Below, one piece after another: positions 56,786 to 64,000 of a DNA stretch of 64,000 nucleotides; position 1 is the first letter of the stretch, and every line of letters starts with the position of its first letter. The notes under the pieces are model-generated. The model did no database searches, was not told where the DNA came from, and was given only the letters and a program-made list of their open reading frames with translations. Made by a program: the position numbers and the translations under genes. The DNA is taken from contig JBMNFA010000009.1 in assembly GCA_050949055.1 (NCBI GenBank), forward strand, positions 257,600-321,599. Reading direction: 5' to 3'. The DNA comes from Bacillota bacterium. Its GTDB lineage: Bacteria; Bacillota; UBA994; UBA5500.

Positions 56786-57684
56786 CGACCGCCCTCCTGA
56801 TAGACCCGCTGATAGATCTCCTCCAATGCAGCCGTTTGCTTGCTGATATCCAATACATCTATGCCCTGTTCCACCAGCGTGCGCAGCACCGGATTCAACC
56901 GCTCCGGCTGGTCTGGCACTGCCAGCGTCTGCGGCAGCTGGTCGCTGGCCAAATTGCTTAGGCTATCGGGCACCTGCTCCACTCTGATCAGCAGGCGGTC
57001 CTGAAAGCCGTAGCGTCGCTTGATCTCGGTCATGGTACCTGACGTGACCAAACGCCCCTCTTTCATGATGCCAATTCGATGGCAGAGACCAGCCAGCTCT
57101 TTCAGGTTGTGCGAGGAGATGATCACCGTCAGGTCGCCCTCGGTGAGCAGATAGGCGATAAAGTCACGCAACCCCTGCATAGCCACCGGGTCCAACCCGG
57201 AAAATGGTTCGTCCAGAAACAGCAGCTTCGGCCGATGAATGCAGGCGGAGAGAATGGAGACCTTCTTGCGCATGCCAGTGGACAGTTTGCCCACCAACTG
57301 GTGGCGCCACTCTTCCATCTCAAATCGCTGCAGCAACTCCCGCACAGGCGCTTTCACGCTGTAGAGGTCTGCAAAGAAACGCAGCGTCTCCTCGACGGTC
57401 AATTCATGATAAAGACGCAGATCTTCGGTCAGCAGGCCGGTGATGGTACGGATTTTGGACCTTTGCTTGACCAAGTCGTGTCCCAGGATGAGAGCGCTGC
57501 CATCGGTGGGAGTGAGCAACGTATTCAGTAGCATGAAAGTGGTGGTCTTTCCGGCACCGTTATGGCCGATCAGACCAAAGATGGTGTTCTCCGGAATGGT
57601 GATGGATAGGTTCTTGACAGCTACTGTGCTGCCCAAGCGGCTGATGAAGGCCTTGGTCAAGCTGTCGGTGGTCACTGCGTTCAA
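56782..57684 (-). CDS. ABC transporter ATP-binding protein
   Basis: GHNGAGKTT, LSTGMRKKVSI, LFLDEP. Confidence 0.85.
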   Translation of the reverse strand: MNAVTTDSLTKAFISRLGSTVAVKNLSITIPENTIFGLIGHNGAGKTTTFMLLNTLLTPTDGSALILGHDLVKQRSKIRTITGLLTEDLRLYHELTVEETLRFFADLYSVKAPVRELLQRFEMEEWRHQLVGKLSTGMRKKVSILSACIHRPKLLFLDEPFSGLDPVAMQGLRDFIAYLLTEGDLTVIISSHNLKELAGLCHRIGIMKEGRLVTSGTMTEIKRRYGFQDRLLIRVEQVPDSLSNLASDQLPQTLAVPDQPERLNPVLRTLVEQGIDVLDISKQTAALEEIYQRVYQEGGR

Positions 57685-57690
57685 TGATGT

Positions 57691-58179
57691 CTAGCCTCCC
57701 TGATGCTGCTGGTCCCGCCAGAAGGCAGCGATCGCTTGCTGATAGATCCACTTCACCGGGCGACCGCTGGTTTTGGCCAGGCGTCGGCAATCCTCATATT
57801 CGGGAGCCACGTTGTGCAACTTCTCTCCCAGGTAGCCCAGCTTTATCCGTACGCTTCCACCCGGCACCTGCACAGCTACCTGCCTGCGCTCCAACATCCG
57901 TCGCCAAGCCAGGCTGTGGCGGACACCCAGGCTACTACTTTGCTCCAGGATGACGGCTGAGAGCTGCTCCGCCCGCTCCGGTCGGCAGATAACGGTGAGC
58001 AGGATGCTCGGGCGCTGCTTCTTCATCTGTACCGGCTGCAGCAGCACATCCAGTGCTCCCGCCGAGAATAGCGATTCCATGATATCCTGATACAGTTCCG
58101 GGTTCTGGTCGTCCAAGTTGGTTTCCAGCACGACCACCTGATCCGCTAAGTAAGCCGACTGCCAGCCAGCAACTGCCGG
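57691..58179 (-). CDS. larC: LarC C-terminal domain segment (nickel-pincer cofactor nickel insertase), in the same frame as and directly after the in-frame TGA of the N-terminal segment
   Basis: VVLETNLDDQNPELYQDIMESLFSAGALDVLLQPVQMKKQRPSILLTVICRP matches the LarC C-domain. Frame is open from 58179. First in-frame GTG at 58137. Confidence 0.75.
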   Translation of the reverse strand, partial: PAVAGWQSAYLADQVVVLETNLDDQNPELYQDIMESLFSAGALDVLLQPVQMKKQRPSILLTVICRPERAEQLSAVILEQSSSLGVRHSLAWRRMLERRQVAVQVPGGSVRIKLGYLGEKLHNVAPEYEDCRRLAKTSGRPVKWIYQQAIAAFWRDQQHQGG

Positions 58180-59148
58180 TCAGTAGTTGCTCTCTGGCCT
58201 GGTCTCGGGTTCAGCCTGGTGTTCCCCATTCCCGCAGGGGCAGCTCTGCGTGTGGCCGCTTTCCGCTTGCTCTGGACCATGGCAGCTGTGAGGATGAGTA
58301 TGATCATGGTGATCACTGTGGGGGTGAGCATGATCATGGTGGTGATCACTGTGGGGGTGAGCATGATCATGGACATGAGCGTGCACTCCCCCATGGCTAT
58401 GCTGCGGAGACGCGGCTACGCCGACGCTACTCTCGCCGATGACAACCCGCAACACGTTGGCTACCGGCAGATCTTTCTGACCAGCTCCATAACCCACCAT
58501 CTGGGGCTTGAGCTGAGGGAAAACGCCAAAGTCCTCTGCCAAAGCAACCATCAGGGCGGCACCAGTCGGCGTCACCAGCTCCGCGCGTTGGCCGTTATCG
58601 TAGAGGGGAACGTTGCGCAGGGCCAGCAAGGCCAGCGTGGCCGGGGCGGGTACAGGAATGATGCCATGGGCAGAGCGCACCTGGCCGCCACCGGTGGGCA
58701 GGGCGGAGCAGAACACCTGCTCTATTTCCAGGGCATGCAGTCCGATGCAGGCACCGACGATGTCCACGATGGCATCAACCGCCCCCACCTCGTGGAAGTG
58801 CACCTCTTCCGGGGTGCTGCCATGAATCCTGGCCTCCGCCTGGGCCAAAACCGTGAACACCTGCAGGCTCCGTTCCTTGACGGCGGCGGGCAGGCCGCTC
58901 TGTTCGATGATCTGGCTGATCTCCGGCAGCCCACGGTGTACGTGGCCCTCTTCCGCGTTCACTTGCACCGAGGTGGCCGCCAGGCCGCATTTCTGCACCT
59001 TGCTCACCGACAGGCTGAACTCCGGCAGATGCAGCTGGTTTAGTCCGTCCTCCAACACCTCCAGGGGCAGCCCCGCATCCAGCAGCGCCCCCAACGTCAT
59101 ATCCCCGCTGATCCCAGAGAAGCAATCAAAATAAGCTACTTTCATCAT
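58180..59148 (-). CDS. larC: LarC N-terminal domain segment (DUF111) with a His-rich linker, ending at TGA 58180-58182
   Basis: MMKVAYFDCFSGISGDMTLGALLDAGLP, HFHEVGAVDAIVDIVG. The His-rich tail is encoded by tandem repeats. Confidence 0.8.
   Translation of the reverse strand: MMKVAYFDCFSGISGDMTLGALLDAGLPLEVLEDGLNQLHLPEFSLSVSKVQKCGLAATSVQVNAEEGHVHRGLPEISQIIEQSGLPAAVKERSLQVFTVLAQAEARIHGSTPEEVHFHEVGAVDAIVDIVGACIGLHALEIEQVFCSALPTGGGQVRSAHGIIPVPAPATLALLALRNVPLYDNGQRAELVTPTGAALMVALAEDFGVFPQLKPQMVGYGAGQKDLPVANVLRVVIGESSVGVAASPQHSHGGVHAHVHDHAHPHSDHHHDHAHPHSDHHDHTHPHSCHGPEQAESGHTQSCPCGNGEHQAEPETRPESNY
58301..58372. repeat. tandem direct repeat (period 30/33 nt, about 2.3 copies) encoding the HAHPHSDHH His-rich linker of larC
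   Basis: TGATCATGGT(G)GTGATCACTGTGGGGGTGAGCA repeated. Coding, not CRISPR. Confidence 0.85.
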
Positions 59149-59985
59149 CTAGACACCTCGCTTGCGATTGATCAGGCTGGCAGCATAGCCAGCCCCGAAA
59201 CCATTATCGATGTTTACCACAGTGACGCCGGCAGCACAGCTAGTCAGCATGCCCAACAGCGCCGACAGGCCCTGGAAGTTGGCACCATACCCTACGCTGG
59301 TGGGCACTGCGATCACCGGCACATCCACCAGACCGCCTACCACACTGGCCAGCGCCCCTTCCATCCCGGCTACCACCACCACAACCCGCGCCTGTTGCAG
59401 GCGGTCCCGCTTGTCCAGCAAGCGGTGGATACCGGCTACGCCCACATCGTATATGCGCTCCACCGCGTTGCCCATGATGGCAGCGGTGAGGGCAGCCTCT
59501 TCCGCCACCGCCATATCTGCCGTGCCGGCTGAGACGACCAGCACCAGTCCTTCGCCATAGGCAGTGCTGCGATCCCGCCAAACGGTGATCGCCTTCGCTT
59601 CTGGATGGTACTCCGCCAGTGGCAGCACCTCAGCCACAGCCTGATAAGTGGCGCTGCTGGCGCGGGTGGCCAGCACGTTCTGGGAGCGGTCAGCCAACCG
59701 CTTCATGATGGCGACAATCTGTTCTGTGGTCTTGTTGGGACAGTAAACCACCTCTGGAAACCCAGACCGGATACCACGATGATGATCCAGCTTGGCAAAG
59801 CCCAGGTCTTCGTAGGGAAGATCTTTCAGTCGCCGGAACGCTGCCTCCGCCTCCACTTCGCCGGAAGCCACCTGTTGCAGCAGTTGTCTTAAAGTTGCCT
59901 GATCCAATAGTCCGTCCTCCCAAAGGTTATTGCGTTGCTGAAGCTGTGGGTGCAGGAATAGTCTCATCCTGTCCCGAAGTCTCAT
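59149..59985 (-). CDS. larB: LarB (nickel-pincer cofactor biosynthesis carboxylase/hydrolase, PurE-like)
   Basis: PurE-like fold block VVSAGTADMAVAEEAALTA...VAGMEGALASVVGGLVDVPVIAVPTSVGYG. Position immediately upstream of larC. Confidence 0.75.
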   Translation of the reverse strand: MRLRDRMRLFLHPQLQQRNNLWEDGLLDQATLRQLLQQVASGEVEAEAAFRRLKDLPYEDLGFAKLDHHRGIRSGFPEVVYCPNKTTEQIVAIMKRLADRSQNVLATRASSATYQAVAEVLPLAEYHPEAKAITVWRDRSTAYGEGLVLVVSAGTADMAVAEEAALTAAIMGNAVERIYDVGVAGIHRLLDKRDRLQQARVVVVVAGMEGALASVVGGLVDVPVIAVPTSVGYGANFQGLSALLGMLTSCAAGVTVVNIDNGFGAGYAASLINRKRGV

Positions 59986-60014
59986 ATCACAATTATAGCG
60001 AAAAGGAGTTGAGA

Positions 60015-61994
60015 ATGTTGCGAAAAACCCTGGAAATGGTCCAGCGAGAGTTCTCCGGCCAGAGAGCATTTAACCATGTGGCCGAGGTCTGCCAGCATCA
60101 TCGCATCCAAGCTAGCCCCGGCTTCCGGCAAGCGGCCATCTATTGTCGACAGGTGCTGGAGGATTGTGGCCTGGACGCCGAGATTATCACTTTCCCGGCT
60201 GATGGCAAAACCATGTATTGGACCCAACAGATGTTTGAAGAGTGGGATTGCCAGCAGGCCCGGTTGGATTTGCTTTTCCCCCAGGCGGAATGCCTGGCTG
60301 ACTTTTCTGCCGAGCCGATGTCCTTGATCCAGCGCAGCGTCAGCACACCGCCAGAGGGTATTGAGGCAGACATCGTCTGGCTAAATCAAGGTGACGACCC
60401 AGAACCCTACCAGGGTTGGGACCTGAACGGCAAGCTGGTGTTCACCGACGGTGACTGGAATAAGGTGCGGGCCTGGGCGGTGGAAAAGCAGGGCGCTTTG
60501 GGCATCATCAGCGACCGCCTGATGGAGTTCCCGCCGGTTCGCCACCGTTTTGATATTCCCGATGCCCTGATGTACACCTCCTTCTGGTGGACAGGCCATG
60601 AGCAGCGCTGCTTCGGCTTTGTGCTCTCACCCAAGGCTGGCGACAAGCTGCGCCGCCAGTGTCAGGAGATGTGGCAGGCCCATCAGCAGGATGGAAGCCG
60701 CCCCGCTTATCCGCGGGCGAAGGCTGTGGTACAGGCCTCCTGCTACAGCGGTTCACTGGAGGATGTAACGGCGCTGATCCCTGGGGAAAGCGATGAGGAA
60801 GTGATCATCGCCGCCCATCTCTGCCATCCGCGGGCGTCTGCCAACGACAACGCCTCCGGGGTAGGCACGGCACTGGAAGCTGCCCGCGCCCTGCAGAGCC
60901 TGATCCAAAAGGGGTGCTTGCCCAAGCCTAAACGGGGCATACGCATTCTCCTGATCCCCGAGATGACCGGCACCTATGCCTACCTGGCTACGCGGGAAGA
61001 TCAGATTGGCAAGATTAAGGCGGCGATCAATCTGGACATGGTGGGCGAAAATCAGGCATTGTGTCAAGGTCCGCTGGTGGCGGAATATCCGCCCCAAGCC
61101 GCCACATCCTTCGTGGGCGATGTCCTGGCTGCCATCATGGGGCTGGTGGCCGAGGAGAGCACCAACCTGGGCGGCAGCTCTGCCTATGCGCTGTTCAAGC
61201 ACACTACGGCGCCGTTTTCTGGAGGCAGCGATCATTACATCTTCTCCGACCCGACGGTGGGGGTGCCTTGCCCGATGCTGATCCAATGGCCGGACAAGTA
61301 TTATCATACCAGCGAAGATACATTGGACAAAGTTGACCCGGAGATGCTCTACCGGGTGGGCTGCATGACCGCCACCTACGCCTACTACCTGGCTAATTTG
61401 GGGTGGTCGGAACTGCCCTGGTTGCTCGCTGAGTGTCGAGGCCGCTATCTGAATCAGGTGCAACGGCTGCTCACCCCGCAGGGCGACCCGCGGCCTGCCT
61501 GTGAACTGAAGGAGCAGCTGGACTACCTGCTGCAGCAACGGGTTGACCAGCTGTCCGATCTCCGCCGCTTCGTGCCAGCGGATCAAAAGACCGCACTGAA
61601 GCAGGAACTAGAGCGAGAGCAGCAATTGCTGACCAGCGTCACCGAGCAGCTGTGGCAGAGATACGTCGGCGATCAACAGGTCACGGCCGCCGGGAGGGAA
61701 GTCCCTGCTGAGTACCAGGTTATACCCAAACGGCTGTTCAAGGGCCCGGTCAGCATGCGCGGCAAGCTGGAGCTGTTGAGCGAGGCGGAGCGGGCGGAAT
61801 ATGCCGCGTATGCCAAACAGCATGCGGCGGCAGCCAAGATAATGCCCACCTATTTGGTCTATTGGGCGGACGGCCAACGCACGGTGGCCGAGGTGGATCA
61901 TCTGGTGAAGATGGAGACGGGCATCAGTGACCCGGCGTTTGCCTTACGCTACTTCCAACTGTTGGAGCGTTTGGGTTTAGTGACCTGGGCATAG
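60015..61994 (+). CDS. M28-peptidase-like / DUF4910-type aminopeptidase-like hypothetical protein
   Basis: ATG 60015 after SD AAAGGAG. His/Asp/Glu-rich central block (AAHLCHPRASANDNASGVG...DMVGEN) reminiscent of M28 metal ligands. Family from memory. Confidence 0.4.
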   Translation: MLRKTLEMVQREFSGQRAFNHVAEVCQHHRIQASPGFRQAAIYCRQVLEDCGLDAEIITFPADGKTMYWTQQMFEEWDCQQARLDLLFPQAECLADFSAEPMSLIQRSVSTPPEGIEADIVWLNQGDDPEPYQGWDLNGKLVFTDGDWNKVRAWAVEKQGALGIISDRLMEFPPVRHRFDIPDALMYTSFWWTGHEQRCFGFVLSPKAGDKLRRQCQEMWQAHQQDGSRPAYPRAKAVVQASCYSGSLEDVTALIPGESDEEVIIAAHLCHPRASANDNASGVGTALEAARALQSLIQKGCLPKPKRGIRILLIPEMTGTYAYLATREDQIGKIKAAINLDMVGENQALCQGPLVAEYPPQAATSFVGDVLAAIMGLVAEESTNLGGSSAYALFKHTTAPFSGGSDHYIFSDPTVGVPCPMLIQWPDKYYHTSEDTLDKVDPEMLYRVGCMTATYAYYLANLGWSELPWLLAECRGRYLNQVQRLLTPQGDPRPACELKEQLDYLLQQRVDQLSDLRRFVPADQKTALKQELEREQQLLTSVTEQLWQRYVGDQQVTAAGREVPAEYQVIPKRLFKGPVSMRGKLELLSEAERAEYAAYAKQHAAAAKIMPTYLVYWADGQRTVAEVDHLVKMETGISDPAFALRYFQLLERLGLVTWA

Positions 61995-62070
61995 TATAAC
62001 CGTGGCGAAATGCCGCAGGCCTAGCGACGGGCAGGCCTGCGGCCATGGCCAAGGTGTGAGGAGGAATGAC

Positions 62071-63009
62071 ATGCACATACTGATCACTCAAAAGCCAACC
62101 GAGGAACAGCTATCTGCAATTCGGGAACTGCTTCCCGAGGCAACGATCACGGTCACCCGGGAAGAAGAAGAGATCAGGCAAGCGATGCGCACTGCGGAAG
62201 TGATCTGGGGAAGTCACTATTTGCCCGAGATGCTGCCGGAGGCAAAGAGCCTGCGCCTAATTCAGGTAGCCTTTGCCGGAGTGGATCGACTGATGGTGCC
62301 GCAGCTGCTGGCCCATAAAGCCGTGCTGGCCAACGCCCGGGGCATTCACGGAACAACCATTGCCGAGCACGTGTTCATGTTGATGCTGGCTCTTGCCCGT
62401 CAGCTGCCTGCCACCATGCGAGCAGCTGACCGCAAGGAGTGGACAAGGACCGGAGCCGCGGTACTGGAAGGCAGTACTATGGGAATAGTCGGTTACGGCA
62501 GCATCGGACAAGCCATCGCCAGACGGGCTAAAGCCTTTGGCATGCAGGTATTGGCCACCCGTCGCCATGCCCAGCCCGATCAGTGGGCTGATCAGGTGTG
62601 GGATAATAGCGGCCTGCCCGACCTGCTAAGGCAGTCGGATTACGTGATCTTGGCAACTCCACTCACCACGGAGACCTATCATCTGATTGGCTCCGAGGAG
62701 TTGGCCATGATGAAGGACTCGGCGGTGTTGGTGAATATCGCCCGCGGCGCTGTGGTAGACGAGAAAGCGTTAATCGCCTGTCTACAAGCAGGAGGAATCA
62801 GGGGTGCCGGATTGGACGTATTTGAAACGGAGCCGCTGCCTGCGGACAGTCCTCTCTGGTCGATGCCCAATGTGGTGATCACTCCGCATCAGGCAGGCAG
62901 CATGCCAGACTATGACCAACGGGCCTTCGCCGTCTTCATGGACAACCTGAAGCGCTTGCAGGCTGGCGAACCACTGCTAAACGTGGTTGATAAGCAAGCG
63001 GGCTACTAA
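62071..63009 (+). CDS. D-isomer-specific 2-hydroxyacid dehydrogenase (NAD-binding)
   Basis: ATG 62071 after SD GAGGAGG. GIVGYGSIGQAIARRA (Rossmann), catalytic R/E/H triad context ARGAVVDE...TPHQAG. Confidence 0.85.
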   Translation: MHILITQKPTEEQLSAIRELLPEATITVTREEEEIRQAMRTAEVIWGSHYLPEMLPEAKSLRLIQVAFAGVDRLMVPQLLAHKAVLANARGIHGTTIAEHVFMLMLALARQLPATMRAADRKEWTRTGAAVLEGSTMGIVGYGSIGQAIARRAKAFGMQVLATRRHAQPDQWADQVWDNSGLPDLLRQSDYVILATPLTTETYHLIGSEELAMMKDSAVLVNIARGAVVDEKALIACLQAGGIRGAGLDVFETEPLPADSPLWSMPNVVITPHQAGSMPDYDQRAFAVFMDNLKRLQAGEPLLNVVDKQAGY

Positions 63010-63200
63010 CATAGTGCAGGGGCTGTCGGTGGACAGCCCCTTTGAACTCCCCCAGTCACTGCGTCTGAGTGGGGGCCAAGACTCCCCAATCGCTTCGCGA
63101 CAGCCCCCTTCACAAGGGGGCCGAGACTCCCCCAGTCACTGCGTGACAGCCCCCTCCGAGAGGGGCCAAGACTTGCCTCCCTCTGATGAGGGAGGTGGCA
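63010..63200. repeat. cluster of four GC-rich hairpins with internally repeated segments (ACTCCCCCAGTCACTGCGT x2, GGGGCCAAGACT x2, GACAGCCCC x3) between convergent genes
   Basis: Read directly. Likely terminator or REP-like region. Confidence 0.6.
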
Positions 63201-63236
63201 CGACGTAGCCGTGACGGAAGGAGAGAATGCCCGGCG

Positions 63237-64000
63237 TCAGGTTGGACCTACCCAAGCCTGCCCTACCCGCAGGCGCTCCATCCGCTCAACCACCTGCTTC
63301 CACTGGTCTCCGCCCAACTGATGCAACAGCTGATCGCAGACGACCCAAGCGGCCATGGCCTCACCGACGATGCTGGCTGCCGGCACGGCACAAGCATCTG
63401 CCCGCTCCCGCGCAGCGATTGCCGGTTGTCTGGTATGCCAACGGAAGCTCTGCAGGGGTTTGACTATAGAGGGGATCGGCTTCATGAAGCAGGTAAGCAG
63501 AATAGGGGCACCGTTGCTCATGCCCCCTTCGATGCCGCCAGCATGATTGCTGGGACGAGCGACTGCCCCGTTGGACACTGAGAACTCATCGTGCGCTTGG
63601 GAGCCGGGCACCCGGCTTTGCCGGACGCCCGCGCCTATTTCCACCGCCTTAATGGCCGGAATGCTGATCATGGCCTGGGCTAGCAGCCCATCCAGACGGC
63701 GGTCCCAATGCATGGGACTACCCACCCCGGCGGGGAGGCCCCTGACAGCGACCTGGAAAGCCCCTCCTACCGAATCCCCGGTTTGCATTGCCCGGTCGAC
63801 CTCCCCCGACATTTCCCGGGAAATATCGCGGTCAGGACAGCGCAGCGGGGATTGCTCAGCCTGTTCATCCTCCCAAGGAAGATCGGGTGGGGCGCTGACG
63901 GTCCCAATGGCGATTACCCGGCTATGTACGCTCACCCCCAAGGCAGCGAGCAGCTGCCGGGCCACTCCCCCTACCGCCACTCGGGCGGCAGTCTCCCGAG
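63237..64000 (-). CDS. aroC: chorismate synthase (partial; N-terminus beyond right edge)
   Basis: NHAGGIEGGMSNG and KPIPS motifs. The reading frame continues to the window end. Confidence 0.85.
   Translation of the reverse strand, partial: RETAARVAVGGVARQLLAALGVSVHSRVIAIGTVSAPPDLPWEDEQAEQSPLRCPDRDISREMSGEVDRAMQTGDSVGGAFQVAVRGLPAGVGSPMHWDRRLDGLLAQAMISIPAIKAVEIGAGVRQSRVPGSQAHDEFSVSNGAVARPSNHAGGIEGGMSNGAPILLTCFMKPIPSIVKPLQSFRWHTRQPAIAARERADACAVPAASIVGEAMAAWVVCDQLLHQLGGDQWKQVVERMERLRVGQAWVGPT

Noticed and set aside
58301-58372. CRISPR-like tandem repeats
   Set aside because: Only about 2.3 copies with no spacers, and they lie inside the larC coding frame encoding a His-rich linker.
60753-61586. 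277-aa minus-strand ORF
   Set aside because: Antisense to the 699-aa M28-like gene. No motifs.

Overview
This is a 64-kb GC-rich bacterial chromosomal segment (GGAGG-type Shine-Dalgarno sites, a T-box leader, ECF-type transporters, tRNAs with encoded CCA; consistent with a high-GC Firmicutes-like organism, which cannot be confirmed from sequence alone). The window starts inside a defence-type operon on the minus strand (1-5469): a DUF1156-type N6-adenine methyltransferase cut by the left edge, a small ORF, and a 1093-aa DUF499/BrxC-like ATPase. Next comes an AT-richer decayed stretch holding a PLD-type HKD nuclease remnant, then a run of resistance-like accessory genes (6.7-11.7 kb): a Vat streptogramin acetyltransferase, an APH-family kinase, a Nim/PNPOx-like protein, GrpB and an FAH-family hydrolase. 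From 12.2 to 21.0 kb, eleven plus-strand genes encode a flavinylatable FMN-binding protein, five paralogous extracytoplasmic sulfite-oxidase-fold domains that all lack the molybdenum-ligand cysteine (one fused to an exported type I phosphodiesterase), a complete ECF transporter (S, A1, A2, T), an extended MobB and a kinase-like protein; this cluster has not, to my knowledge, been described. Other notable items: a selenocysteine peroxiredoxin with in-frame TGA at the peroxidatic position and a SECIS-like hairpin (25607-26203), a T-box-controlled serS followed by four tRNA-Ser and two tRNA-Arg genes and tadA, and larB-larC with larC interrupted by a single in-frame TGA beside tandem His-codon repeats. 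The rest is ordinary: an Opp-type ABC importer, transporters (DASS, NSS), a two-component system, PBP1A, an ECF sigma factor, ddh, aspartate aminotransferase, and partial aroC at the right edge. Three small intergenic repeat families are present. No CRISPR array, transposase or integrase was seen. No searches were run; every family assignment rests on motif recognition.
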